In this document: positions 24,701 to 37,894 of the stretch, piece by piece | Position numbering within the stretch: the first letter of the stretch is position 1 | How the letters are laid out: every line of letters begins with the position of its first letter | Assembly: GCA_964016885.1 (NCBI GenBank) | Contig: OZ024741.1 | Coordinates: 33,914,001 to 33,978,000 of the forward strand | Reading direction: 5' to 3' | Length of the DNA: 64,000 nt | DNA from: Eledone cirrhosa | Lineage: Eukaryota | Made by a program: the position numbers and the translations under genes | Notes under the pieces: generated by a model | What the model saw: the letters and a program-made list of their open reading frames with translations, nothing else | Databases searched by the model: none | Told to the model about the DNA's origin: nothing

Positions 24701-25690
24701 TAGTGGTAGTGGTTGTAGTGGTTGTGTTCTGTGGTAGTGGTAGTGGCGGTAGTGGTAGTGTTCTAGGGTAGTGGTAGTGGTTGTTTTCTGTGGTAGTGGT
24801 TGTAGTGGTTGTGTTCTGTGGTAGTGGTTGTAGTGGTTGTGTTCTGTGGTAGTGGTAGTGGTTGTAGTGGTTGTGTTCTGTGGTAGTGGTAGTGGCGGTA
24901 GTGGTAGTGTTCTAGGGTAGTGGTAGTGGTTGTTTTCTGTGGTAGTGGTTGTAGTGGTTGTGTTCTGTGGTAGTGGTTGTAGTGGTTGTGTTCTGTGGTA
25001 GTTGTAGTGGTTGTGTTCTGTAGTAGTTGTAGTGGTTGTAGTGGTTGTGTTCTGTTCTGTGGTAGTTGTAGTGGTTGTGTTCTGTGGTAGTTGTAGTGGT
25101 TGTGTTCTGTTGTAGTGGTTGTAGTGGTTGTGTTCTGTGGTAGTGGTGGTAGTGGTTTTGTTCTGTGGTAGTTGTAGTGGTTGTATTCTGTGGTAGTTGT
25201 AGTGGTTGTGTTCTGTGGTAGTGGTATTGGTTGTTTTCTGTGGTAGTGGTAGTGGTTGTGTTCTGTGGTAGTGGTAGTGGTTGTGTTCTGTGGTAGTGGT
25301 AGTGGTTGTGTTCAGTGGTAGTGGTTGTGTTCTGTGGTAGTGGTAGTGGTTGTGTTCTGTGGTAGTGGTAGTGGTTGTGTTCTGTGGTAGTGGTAGTGGT
25401 TGTGTTCAGTGGTAGTGGTTGTGTTCTGTGGTAGTGGTAGTGGTTGTGTTCTGTGGTAGTGGTAGTTTTCTGTTGTAGTGGTAGTGGTTGTGTTCTGTGG
25501 TAGTGGTAGTGGTTGTAGTGGTTGTGTTTAGTGGTAGTGGTTGTAGTGGTTGTATTCCGTGGTATTGGTAGTGGTTGTAGCGGTTGTGTTCTGTGGTAGT
25601 GGTGGTTGTGGTTGTAGTGGTAGTGGTTGTATTCTGTGGTATTGATAGTGGTTGTAGTGGTACTAGTAGTCATGGTAGTGGTTGTGTTCT
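21740..25690. repeat. GTG/GTA-based minisatellite (core GTGGTTGTGTTCTGTGGTA) with large internal duplications
   Basis: Directly visible; rare variant units recur ~1.15-1.24 kb apart, and a 149-bp unit occurs 3 times near 24597-24900. Confidence 0.95.
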
Positions 25691-25879
25691 GTTGCATATT
25701 TAAAGGGTTTCTCCTCCATGCTGGAATCCCTATAAATTCCTCAGCCAGTGTGGAGTGGAGGTGGTGGAAAGTGATTAGAAAAGGGACACAGTGCCCCCCC
25801 CCCCCCCCTCTCTCCTTTATAATGGATTCATGGAATCAACAAATACATTCCATTGCCCCCTTTTTTCTCCCTCCCTGCT

Positions 25880-27795
25880 TACACCACCACCACCACTGAT
25901 GCATACCATTGCATACCACAAACCACATGCTGCATACCACCACTACTGTACCACTACCATGACCACCACATACCATAACACTGTCCTTGCCAACACACAC
26001 ACACACAGATACCTACCACTACCACCACCACCACCACTGATGCATACCATCACCACCACAGTACCACCACCATGACCACCACATACCATAACACTGTCCT
26101 TGCCAACACACACATTCCTATCACCACCACCATCACCACCTCTACTGTACCACCATCACCACCACTAATGTACTACCACCACCACTACTGTACCACCACC
26201 ACTACTACTGTACCACCACTACTGAACCACCACCACTACTGAACCACCACCACCACCACTACTGTACCACTACCACCACTACTGTACTACCACCACCACT
26301 ACTGTACTACCACCACTACCACTACTGTACTACTACCACCACTACTTTACTACCACCACGACCACTACTGTACCGCCACCACTACTGTACCACCACCACC
26401 ACCACCACCACCACTGTACCACCATCACCACCACCACCACCACCACCACCACCACCACTGTACCACCACCACCACCACCACCACCACCACTGTACCACCA
26501 CCACCACCACCACCACCACCACCACCACTGTACCACCACCACTACTGTACCACTACCACCACCACCCCTACCACCACTACACTCCCTGCCAACACCAATG
26601 CCATCATTATTTTTCGTCTTCCTTCTTGTTACTTCCTAAGAAAGATGGGTCTGTGTTCTTCCCCAAGATAGTACACTACACCACATCACAGTACACCACA
26701 CTACACCGGACCACACTACACCACAGTACTTCACAGTACACCACACTACACCGGACCACAGTACACCACACCACACTACTCCACAGTACCTCACAGTACA
26801 CCACACCACAGTACCTCACACCACACTACACTACAGTACCTCACACTACACTGGACCACTACCTCACACCACACCACACCTCACCACACCACATCACACT
26901 TCACCACACCACCACCACACCATACCCCACTACACTACACCACACCATACTACACCTCACCACACCACCACCACACCACACTACACTACACCACACCACA
27001 TCCCACTACACCACACCTCACCACACCACATCACACTTCACCACACCACACCACCACCACACCATACCCCACTACACTACACCACACCATACTACACCTC
27101 ACCACACCACCACCACACCACACTACACTACACCACACCCCACTACACCACCACGCCACCACCACACTACCACACCACACCACCACCACACCATACCCCA
27201 CTACATCCCACCCCACCCCACTACACCACACCACACCAACCACACCACCACCACCACCACACCACCACCACACCATACCCCACTGCACCACACCACACCC
27301 CACCCCACTACACCACACCCCACTACACCACCACACCACCACCACCACCACACCACCACCACACCACCACCACCACACCACACCACCACCACCACCACAC
27401 CACCACCACACCACCACCACCACACCACACCACACCACCACCACACCATACCCCACTACAACCCCCCACCCCCCCACCCCACTACACCACACCACACCAC
27501 ACCAACCACACTACACCACACTACACACCACACCACACTACACATCCCACCACACCACAGCTGCACTACAGCCACATCCACCTATCTTTCCAGACTCCAC
27601 ACCACACACTCCACCACACCTCCGTCATGCTCCATCTTTCCAACCCAACCTCCTCCTTCCCCTCCATCTTCCTACACCACACCTTATTTTCCTCCACCCC
27701 TTCCCTTGGCCACCACCAGACATTCCATTGCTGTCTGTCATAGCTCCACATCTTCTCATTACACTTTCCTCCTCTCCATTCTCATCATCTTCCTA

Positions 27796-27830
<35 letters not shown>

Positions 27831-28080
27831 ACTGCTGCTACTACTACTGCTGCTCTGCTACTACTACTACTACTACTGCTGCTACTACTGCTACTACTAC
27901 TACTACTTCTGCTGCTTCTTCTACTACTACTACTACTGCTACTACTATTACTACCACTACCACCTCTACCACTACTACCACCTCTACTACTGTTACTACC
28001 ACCACCACCACCACTACCTCTACTACTACTACTACTACCACTACTACCACCATAACCTCTACTACTACCCCTACCTCACC
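25880..28080. repeat. CAC/CACAC/TAC low-complexity repeats
   Basis: Directly visible. Confidence 0.9.
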
Positions 28081-28183
28081 ATTCACCCTTTAGGCAATTC
28101 TTCTATTACTGCCTAGCTTCTCTCTTTCCATCATGCTTCATTTCCTTCTATATATACACACATGCATAATATATATATATATA

Positions 28184-30475
28184 TCATCATCATCATCATC
28201 ATCACCGTTTAACGTCCATCTTCCACGCTTGCATGGGTTTGGACAGGAGTTTTCCCACTTGAGGCAAGAGTGGTTGTCTTGCTTGCATAGGACTGTCTGG
28301 CGGGTTTTCTACGGCTGGATGCCCTTCCTAACACCAACCACGTTTACAGTGTGGACTGGGAGGTTTTTTTGTCGTGACACCTACACGACCTCATTTGTTT
28401 CGGACTGGATGTTGTGGTACCAACATAACTTTACATTGAAAGGGGTGGCGTGGATGGGGTGAGTGGGGGTAGTGGGACGGGGGTGTATTTTTGTTAGAGG
28501 TGCCTACTGACTGTAGTAGGTTTCACTTTGTACTTAGGTAAGGCAGGTCTTCTGTATTACTGTGTAGTGCCAAAGATCTCGGTCCAGTGATATTGTCTTG
28601 GAGAGGTGTAAGTGTGTGAGGTCGGAATTTATCAAGTCGTCCCAGGTTTTTCTGAGTCTGCCTACTCTGTGGCTACCGTCTATTTTTATTGCCTTACACT
28701 TTTTTATACAGCTGTCGTCTTTCATGCGCATCACGTGACCATACCAACGTAGCCTTCTCTCAAGTAAACAACATCTGATCCCTCTTATTTCTAATTTTTC
28801 CCTTAGTTCGTTTATGCTTTGCCGTTCACGTATATTACTATTACACATCCAGCGGAGCATGCAAGCTTCATTCCTCTCCAGTCTACGTATATCCTCTGCA
28901 CACAATGCCCAAGTCTCACTGCCATGTAACATTGCTGATCGTATGCAGGCATCATACAGCCTGCCTTTCATTTTTAGAGAGAACCCTTTAGCGGCTAATA
29001 GTGGTATAAGCTCTCTGAACTTTTTCCATCCAGTTCTGACTCTAGCTACTGTACTTTCAGAGCACCCTCCCCCACTGCTGATTTTGTCACCCAAGTAACA
29101 GAAGGTGTCCACTATTTCTATAGAACCATCTGTGCAATGGAATGAGCTAGTATTCTGTGGGCACTTGCTGCTACTTATTGCACCAGAGCACCGGCCACAT
29201 ATAAAATCTATATTCTTAGTTAGCTTACCTGTGATCCCACTACATCTTTTATGTACCCATACTTTGCATTTGGGACATAAAATGGAGTTTCTGCCTACTC
29301 CTTTCCTACACACTGAGCATGGCCATTTCCCAGATGGAACCGGTGCCCTATTTTCCTTCCTACAAACTAGAACTTTAGTCTTAGACAAGTTAACTTTAAG
29401 GCCTTTTGATTCTAGGCCATGCTTCCATGTTTGAAATTTCTTCTCTAGTTCAGCCATTGATTCAGCTCATCTGCGTATAGGAGTTCCCATGGGCAGCTGG
29501 TCTTGAACTCCTCTGTTATAGCCTGAAGGGCAATAATAAATAGTAGGGGGCTAAGAACGGAGCCCTGATGAACACTAACTTTTACGCTAAACTCTTCACT
29601 ATATTCGTTGTTAATTCTAACCTTGCTGACTGTTTCTTTATACATGGCTTGTGCCATTCATCAACACTTAGTTTTCTAAGAGCCCACCAGATAATGGAGC
29701 GGGGGACTCTGTCAAAGGCTTTCTCCAAGTCAACAAAAGCTAAGTATAGGGGTTTACTTTTAGCTAGATACTTCTCCTGTAGTTGTCGTACAATGAAAAG
29801 AGTGTCTGTGGTACTTTTACCTGACACAAACCCAAACTGCATTTCATCTAGATCAATTCACTCTCTGATTAGTTGCGCTATAACTCTTTCTGTGACCTTC
29901 ATAACCTGGTCAATTAATTTAATGCCTCTATAGTTTCCCCTATCTAGGGCATCTCCTTTACCCTTGTAGCAGTTAATGATGATGCTGCTACACCAGTCAT
30001 TTGGTATGACCCTATTCTGTATGAGTTGGTTTACTATCCGGGTGACCATAGTGTGTCCCACCGTCCCAGAAGCTTTCAGCATTTCAGCAACTATTTCCGA
30101 AGACCCAGCCGCCTTACCCGTCTTCATATCTTTGATTGCCTTACTTATTATACTACCTTCAACTAACACTGCTGGTCCCTCTATTGGATCGATGTGGGGG
30201 AGACTGTCTTTCTCCCATTTATTCTCCTCATTTAGTACCCTTTCGTAGTGACACTTCCAAGCTACCTTCTTATCAGCGTCAGTGATGGCAAGTACACCAT
30301 CATCATTAAGGACATACTTCTCCCCGACAATATCACGGTTTTCCTTGACACATTGCCTAGCAATCCTGAACACCTCACGTTTTTGGTCCTCGCGTTGTAG
30401 AATATGCTTGAACTTTCTTTCCTCTGTTTCCCTTCTTGCTAAGTACACTTGTCTCCTAGCTTTCCTCCTGGCCAC
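28184..30475 (-). mobile_element. RTE-clade LINE, 5'-truncated (RT, PHD-like finger, 3' UTR, (GAT)n tail), disrupted
   Basis: ORFs 29858-30475, 29582-29842, 29445-29657 and 28534-29457 give NYRGIKL, QFGFVSGKSTTD, AFVDLEKAFDRVP, HQGSVLSPLLF, LLYAD and RLRWYGHVMR. Confidence 0.95.
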
Positions 30476-30764
30476 TTGAATATATATACATGTATTATAT
30501 ATACATATATACGATGCACATATGTGCTATACATGAACACCACATATGCATTATATATACACACATACACATATGTTCTATACACAAACACCACATACAT
30601 GCATTTATATATACACACACATACACATTATATATACACATATGTACTATATGCACACATATACTATATACAAACACCACATACATGCATTATATATTTA
30701 TATATTTACATATATAAAGACATTTATACTCATATATACACACACATATATATGCATATAAATG

Positions 30765-31035
30765 CACCCAGTATACACTGTAAAATGGTTGGTGATAGGA
30801 AGGACATCCAGCCGTAGAAATCTTGCCAAACAAAGGGTTGGGACGGCCCTTTAGTTGTGTCAAAGGGATGACAACCTCTCCTGAGCACTCAATGGAACAT
30901 GAGACTTTACATAATCTCACAGGTCTCTGGCCTGCCTGGGAGATCAGTGGCTCCACTTCAGTACTGACTTGGTCTGTAAGGACCTGTCCAACCCTTGCTA
31001 GCAGGGAAAGCAGACATTAAAACGACAACCATGAT
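30765..31035 (+). mobile_element. SINE-like element (family D)
   Basis: GGTTGGTGATAGGAAGGACATCCAGCCGTAGAAA ... CCCTTGCTAGCAGGGAAAGCAGACATTAAA; similar to 60300-60710 (minus). Confidence 0.7.
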
Positions 31036-31131
31036 ATCATTATCATTGTTTTTAAGCCCACTTTTATATGCTTGCATTTAGTTTATACCTACTCCTTTTT
31101 TACATATTGATCATGGCCACTTCTCTGATAT

Positions 31132-31945
31132 ATCATCATCATCATCATCATTTTACGCCTCCTTTTCCCTGCTTGCAAGGGTGGAACGGGTCCTATTCAG
31201 CACAACATCTCTCCACTTGTCATGATCCTTCGTCATCTTCACCTTGAGCTTCAGCGATCTGAGGTCTGCTCTCACCACCTCTGCCCATGTTTTTCGTGGT
31301 CTTCCTCTTCTACGTTATCCTTCAACTGGCATTTCTTGGCACTTCTTAACCCATCGGTCATCCTCCATGCACATCACATGTCCATACCATCGCAGTCTCC
31401 TCTCTCGCACACTACATTCTATCCCTCTCAGACACAGTTTCTCTCTCAACACATCCATGCTGGGTCGTTCACGCACATTGACATTGCACATCAACGGAAC
31501 ATGTTTGCCTCATTTCTCTCCAGCTGTCGCATATCCTCTGCAGTTGCTGCCCATGTCCCACTACCATGCAGCATCGCGCACCTCACACAGTCATCATACA
31601 ACCAGCCTTTCATATGCAGGGGGGAAACCCTTCTTCGTCAGCAGAGGAAGCAGCTCCCTAAACTTCTTCCAACCCATCCTTATTCTAGATATTATGGCCT
31701 CGGACCCCCCCCCCCCCTCCCATGCTAATCTGATCTCCCAGGTACCAGAAGCTATCAACCACTTCTATAGCACCCACCTGCATTTGAAAAATGTGTCTAT
31801 CAATGCGACTTCTACTGTCTAATTTCCCTGTACATCTACTGCATACATATTTCTCCTTACCTGTTAGTTTGCCTGCTATCGCACTACATCTCTTGTGTAC
31901 CCAGGATCTGCATTGTGTGCATTTTATAGAATTTATGCCAGTTTT
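31132..31945 (-). mobile_element. RTE LINE 3' fragment (same subfamily as 43402-44895)
   Basis: Close similarity to 43402-44190; (CAT)n tail with CCCTGCTTGCAAGGGTGG. Confidence 0.9.
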
Positions 31946-31964
31946 ATATATATATCCGTCTCTT

Positions 31965-32370
31965 CATCACTACAGAGGAGTCTGTGCTGTTGTATGGGTC
32001 TGAGACTTGGACACTGACCAAGAGGCTCACTCAGATGGTGGATGGGTGCTACACGAGAATGCTGAGGATGGCTCTGAACATTAATCAGTATACACTGAGG
32101 ATGAAGAACTCAGAGCTGTACGGGAGCCTCCCAAAGGTCAGCTCGAAAGTAACACAGAGGAGACTGAGGTTAGCTGGACATACTCACTGACATTCAGAGT
32201 TGACACTGCACTCAGTGGTCCTGTGGGAGCCCCTACACAGACGCACTAGAAGAGGGAGCCCGAGGATGACATATATTAATGTCCTAAGGACAGACACTGG
32301 TTTCTGGGAGATGCAAGACATGGCGGCAGGTGATGAAGGACAGACACCGCTGGAGAGAACTCATCCATGG
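31965..32370 (+). mobile_element. RTE LINE 3' fragment of a different lineage
   Basis: LLYGSETWTLTK..DGCYTRMLRMALNI..NSELYGSLP..RRLRLAGH..VLWEP..RGSPRMTYINVL. Confidence 0.85.
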
Positions 32371-32404
32371 ATCTCGGAAATTTTACTCGCTCTATATATA
32401 TATA

Positions 32405-32793
32405 GGCGCATGGCTTAGTGGTTAGAGCATTGGCCTTGCATTCGAAAGGTTGTGAGTTCAATTCTCAGACCAGGTGATATGTTGTTTCCTTGAGCAAGAC
32501 ACTTTATTTCACATTGCTCCAGTTCACACAGCTGTAGAAATGAGATGATAGGGACTGAGGTCCCTATCATTCCACTGCAAAGTGGTCGTGGAGGAGCCAC
32601 GGCAAAAAAACACCCAGCCCACACTGTAAAGTGGACGTGGAGTCGCCACGGAGAAAAAAAAAAGCACCCAGCACTCACTGTAAATGAGGTTGGTGTTAGG
32701 AAGGACATCCAGCTGTAGAAATCAAGCCAGAATCAGTTCCCATCCCACCCTTGCAAGCAGGGAAAAGCGGACGTAAAATGAAATGATGATGAT
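32405..32793 (+). mobile_element. tRNA-derived SINE (family B)
   Basis: A/B-box head, TCCTTGAGCAAGACACTTTA core, internal hairpin, RTE-type tail plus (GAT)n. Confidence 0.9.
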
Positions 32794-32870
32794 ACATACC
32801 CATTTAGAATTGATCAGATATGGTCACTCTTATGAGTATGTCATATAACATTTTATACATCTAATATTGT

Positions 32871-32928
32871 ATTTTGTCTGAAGAAGGCATGCTATAGTTT
32901 AGCTTCCCTGAAATATATATAATGAAAT
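32871..32928 (+). ncRNA. Degenerate type I hammerhead ribozyme
   Basis: ATTTTGT-CTGAAGA-AGG..GCTA..TAGC..CCT-GAAA-TATATA-TA^ATGAAAT; stem I needs two G-U pairs; AATAAA overlaps the 3' end. Confidence 0.5.
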
Positions 32929-33076
32929 AAAGAATGATACTATAGTGTTATATCTTACGTTTATTACTATTATTATCATAATACTCCAGATAAGTATTAA
33001 TTGTTGAGTACTTCGTATCTGTTATGAACATAACTCTGTTGATTACATATCAACAAAGTCTGTAACTCATTATTTA

Positions 33077-33258
33077 TGGATTGGCAGTATCGGTAGAGGG
33101 TCGGACGCCATGCTTTGACGTATAGAGTTACGGCCCTTGCCATTCTGAGTTCAAATGCCGCCAAGGTTACTTTGCCATCCTTACGGGGTCGATAAAATAA
33201 ATTACCAGTAATGCACTGGGTAATTGCTGGCCTTGTGCCAAACGTAGAAACAATTATT
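33077..33258 (+). mobile_element. tRNA-derived SINE (family A)
   Basis: GGATTGGCAGTATCGGTAGAG..TGAGTTCAAAT..GGGGTCGATAAAATAA..GGCCTTGTGCCAAA..GAAACAATTATT. Confidence 0.9.
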
Positions 33259-33271
33259 TATATATATATTG

Positions 33272-33622
33272 ACGCAGACATGACTGTGTAATGAAAAAGT
33301 TCATTTTGCAGCCATGTTCAGTTCATTCCCAGTACATGGCACCTTAGACAAGTGTCTTCTACTAGAGCATTGTGCTGACCAATGCCTTATAAATGAAATT
33401 GAGTAAACAGAAATTATACAGAAGTCCATTGTGTATGTGTGTGTTTATGTTGCTGTTTGATTATATGTCCTATGACTTAGTGGTTTGACAAATAGTGATT
33501 GATAAAATAAATAGCAGACTTCAAAAATAAGCCCTGGATTCAATAAGACCAACTAAAAATCCTTCAAGTTGGTATCCCAGGATGGCCTCAGTCATTGGAC
33601 TGAGGCCAGTAAAAGAATAAAA
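33272..33622 (+). mobile_element. Old tRNA-derived SINE (family E)
   Basis: GGCACCTTAGACAAGTGTCTTCTACTAGAGC..GACCAATGCCTT..CAGAAATT..GAAGTCCATTGTG(TG)n then tail; related fragments at 9760-9890 and 61358-61510. Confidence 0.6.
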
Positions 33623-33981
33623 TAATATCACATTACACATACAGCATACACATCTCCACACACTCCATATATATACCCACTACATACTCTCTATATCCAT
33701 TCACACACATATGGTACATATACACTACCCAAATCCATACATCTGCATATCTCCATCATCATAATAATCATCATCATCAACATCATTGTCATCATGATGA
33801 TCATTATCATCATCACCAGCACCACCCCCATCATCACCCCCATCATTATAACAGCAACAGCAGTCAGGGTATAGTGGACCATGATATAACCAGTGATGGT
33901 AAATATATTCAGGATGTACATTTGAAACTATCTCTCTTCTTTATAATATTGACACTGCATTTGATACCTTATTGATAATAC

Positions 33982-34195
33982 TTTAACCCTTTAGCATTTA
34001 AACCAGCTGTATTCAGCCAGAATTCTCTCACCTCTTTCTGTTCCAACCAGTTGTAACTAGTCGCTTATACTGATGTTAAGGTATTGATCTCAACATAAAT
34101 AACATCAAAATCTCATAGATTCGATATTATGTGAGGTAATTATATGAGATAAAGCCTTTATCACGGAAATATAATAGTATATATAGAATAATGTA
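33982..34195. mobile_element. piggyBac-like MITE (reverse copy)
   Basis: TTAA-CCCTTTAGCATTTAAACCAGCTGTAT..; reverse complement of 20344-20572. Confidence 0.75.
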
Positions 34196-34273
34196 GAGTA
34201 ATTTACATCTGTTTACAACTACAGACAGTAGATTAATTGATCAATGAATGTTTCTTTGCATGAATTATATATA

Positions 34274-34481
34274 CAGGTTGTCCCAAAACGATGTATACAC
34301 ACTTTAACAGCATTCTAATAAATAATTGTTTCTACTTTTGGCACAAGGCCAGCAATTATCTCAGTACATTACTGGTACTTTATTTTATCGACTCCGTAAG
34401 GATGAAAGGCAAAGTTAACTTTGGATAAATATTGCCTGTACAGGTAATCAAAGTGTGTATACATTTTTGGGACACCCAGTG
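34274..34481. mobile_element. Tc1/mariner-like MITE containing a family A SINE fragment
   Basis: TA-CAGGTTGTCCCAAAACGATGTATACACACTTT ... AAAGTGTGTATACATTTTTGGGACACCCAGTG-TA: ~30-bp TIRs with TA flanks. Confidence 0.65.
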
Positions 34482-34484
34482 TAT

Positions 34485-34830
34485 GTAGATAGATAGAAAG
34501 ATAGACCAACAGATAGATGGGTAGGTAAGTGGATGGATGTGTAGGTAAGTGGATGGGTAGGTAAGTGGATGGGTAGGTAAGTGGATGGATGGGTAGATAG
34601 TCAGATAGACAGATAGATAGATGGGTAGGTAAGTGGATGGATGGGTAGGTAAGTGGATGGGTAGGTAAGTGGATGGATGGGTAGATAGTCAGATAGACAG
34701 ATAGATAGATGGGTAGGTAAGTGGATGGATGGGTAGGTAAGTGGATGGATGGGTAGATAGTCAGATAGACAGATAGATAGATGGGTAGGTAAGTGGATGG
34801 ATGGGTAGGTAGGCAGACAGACAGATAGAT
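34485..34830. repeat. Tetranucleotide compound repeat (GGAT/AGGT/AGAT) with higher-order units
   Basis: Directly visible. Confidence 0.85.
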
Positions 34831-35174
34831 ATAGCCAAACACCTTACAGTAATGGATATAACTAGGAAACATAGTCAATGTAGTTAGTTACATCACTTCT
34901 TTACTTGAATCATATATACATTTTATATATATATAATATTTCTTCCATGTACTATGCTGTTTGTTTTGTTATTGTTGTTATTACTTTTACACGCACACAT
35001 ATATATATATACCGTCCCACCCTTGCAAGCAGGGAAAAGTGGACGTAAATGAAATGATATATATATATATAATGCAAAATGATAATTTCTTATCCTTGAC
35101 TTTCTTATTTCTTACACTTTTGTGTGTGTGTGTATATATATATGTATAGTAATAAATGCAAAGACCAAAATCCG

Positions 35175-35206
<32 letters not shown>

Positions 35207-35589
35207 TAATTAGGTGTGTAACAACAGTTACAGGCAGCGTGCCATTCGAAGCACTCAATGCTGTGATGAGGTTCGTTTCATTTGGGTTGTATTCCAATTT
35301 ACGGCTGTAGTGTACACAGTGTAAATAGATGGCTTCAACTCTTTAAATCTCTCTCTCCCTCTCTCTTTCTCTCTCTCTCCCTCCTTCCTCCCCCCCCTCC
35401 TTCTCCCCCCCTCTTTCTCTCTTTATCCCTCCCTCCCTCTCTCTCTCTTTATCCCTCCCTCCCTCTCTCTTTCTCTCTCCCTCCCTCCCTCTCTCTATGT
35501 GTCAGTGTGTATCAGCATTTAACCTCTGTTTTTCCATGCTAACATAGGTTAGATAAGTTATCTTGCGCGCACGCACACACACACACAAG

Positions 35590-36445
35590 TCTTCTGCAGT
35601 CAAGGCACTATATGTTGTCACTGCCATATAATATTGCGTTCTATACTCAGACATCACACAGTCTACCCTCCACTCTGAGGGAAAAGCCCTTTGTTGTCAG
35701 CAGATGTACTAGCTCCCTAAACTTCTTCCAGCTCTTTCTTATTCTGACTATCGCACTTTCAGAACATTCCCCTCCACTGCTGATTAGGTTACCTAGGTAA
35801 CAAAAACTCAACAATTTCTAGGAAGCCTCTCAGGGCATTGAAGCAATCTATTTCACATATGCTGTTAGTGCTTACTTCTCTTGTGCATTTACTGCATACA
35901 GTCTAACTTCTTCTTTAATTTGCTTGTAATCCCACTACATCTCTTGTACTTCCATAGATTACACTGTGTTTCTTATGGAATTTCTAGCCACCCCTTTTGA
36001 CATATAGAATGGTAATACTGTCTCTGTCTTCTTACCTGTTTATCAGGACTGCTCCTCACTGTACTCATTGCCAACTTTCACCTTGCTGATTGTGCCTCTA
36101 TACATGACCTCCATGACCCATTTGTTTACACCTAGCTTCCTTAGTGCACACCAGATTACATAACAGGAGACCTTGTCAGAGTCCTTCTTTAGATCCACAG
36201 AGGCCAGGTACTCTTAACTAAGTACTTCTCCTGCAGTTGTCTCAAAAGGAAGAAATTATAGATAGTACCCCTACTTGGTATGAAGCCAAATTACATCTTG
36301 TCTAGTCTGATTCTGACTCAGATGCACCTGGTCCATCAACTTGATACTTTTATAGTTTCCTCTCTGTAGTTCATCTCTTTTGTTGTAGTTGCAGTTTACA
36401 ATGTTATTGCTGCACTAGTCATTGGGTATGACACTATCATGTACT
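35590..36445 (-). mobile_element. Heavily degraded RTE LINE (RT to PHD region)
   Basis: Antisense remnants of PNDWCS..NYK.IKL.DQV, FGFIP, QLQEKYL and WKKFREL; many indels. Confidence 0.75.
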
Positions 36446-36446
36446 A

Positions 36447-37165
36447 CTTTATTGACTGTCTGTCCTTCCCCTCTAATGGAAGACAGAAGGGTGATCTTCA
36501 CAATGGACTCAGTTGATAGTCGGCTCCATCCTCCACGTGACAACAGGTGTTCAACATAAACCCATAAGTCAGCAATAATTGGACACTCGATGAGTGCATG
36601 CAGGATGGTTTTGTTGCCTTGCACGCATCTCTGACAGACCCAGCTCACGGAAACCTGTAGAGTTTATCTCAAACTGGCAAAGCTCCTTTGGTACCACTGC
36701 CAGACAAGGGATTTCTGAAAGTCCTCTGGAAGAGAGTGGCTAGTTGGTTTTTATTGATACTCAGAGTCTTCCCAAGAATGTCATCATTTTCACCTGCCAC
36801 TAACCCTCTATAGAATGCCAAGGTGGAGTTTTCACTGATTGTACTTCTTGATTCATTGAGGGCTGTGAGCGCTTGAAAATATTCCAGTTTCTAGGTGCTA
36901 CCTCTTAGTCTTCGCTTGACCCAGGACTTCAGCTCTGTCAAGGAGAGGAGCTGTGGAAGCACGTACCTAGCAAATGGTGACCACACCTGTTTACCGTCAA
37001 TGAAAAGCTGGAGATGATGTAGCCTCAGTGGATAGGTGTGCATCATCAGCCACGGCATGTCCAGTCCTCCTCTCAGTAGGTGTTGGCAGCAAATGGATTA
37101 CTTGACCATTAGCACATGTCCTTTTCACAAAAAGCGAAAGACCAAATGCTCCAGTGATGTCAGAC
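36447..37165 (-). mobile_element. L1/Tx1-clade LINE C-terminal fragment
   Basis: ORF 36415-36648 has CQRC-x6-ILHALIECP..LW, the CCHC zinc knuckle typical of the L1/Tx1 ORF2 C-terminus. The extent beyond the ORF is approximate. Confidence 0.65.
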
Positions 37166-37239
37166 GTGGGCCAGTACAAGGCATGGCGGTCAGTTGGTAG
37201 ATGATGGATGTGATGTACACATTTTCCAATAACAATGAT

Positions 37240-37420
37240 AATAATTGTTTCTACTTTTGGCACAAGGCCATCAATTATCCAGTGCATTACTGGTACTTTA
37301 TTTTATCGACCCCGTAAGGATGAAAAGCAAAGTTAACCTCAGTGGGATTTGAACTCAGAACATAAAGGGCCATAATTCTATGCTGCAACGCATGGCGTCT
37401 GACGCTCTACCGATACTGAT
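37240..37420 (-). mobile_element. SINE family A
   Basis: Reverse complement of the 33077-33258 consensus. Confidence 0.85.
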
Positions 37421-37894
37421 GGCTACTTTGTAGTGACACATGCTGGTTCATTTAGGGGGAAATCTTTGTCCAATTTTGCACATTTACACTGACTGCGTTC
37501 GGCCAAAAACATTCTCATCATGATAAGGCAAGCACCATAGAGGTCACATATATATATTCCCTCGCAGAACGGGCACTTCAGGCCCATTCCAATATTTTAT
37601 TTTTCAGTTCATCAAAAAATTCTAAATAGATAGTTTTAAATTTTGAGGAGAAAGTGGAATTGACAGATGTGAAGTCATCTGCCATCCATGCCACTACACA
37701 TAGTCGTAGTAGAGCCAGGAAGTGGACCTTGCTGATCCCTCAACTATGGTTATAGAATGGAGCCTGACAAAGACAACAATAACAGTAACAACAACAATAA
37801 CTCACAGTGTAATGACAATATTAACGATGTCAATAACACTGTCACCATGGCTACAGAAGGTAGCCACAAGGAGAAAAACTAAAACAACAGCAAT

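Noticed and set aside
32405-32475. tRNA genes at SINE heads (also 3780-3848 and 52652-52720)
   Set aside because: A/B boxes are present but continue into SINE body and LINE-derived tail; no complete cloverleaf acceptor stem.
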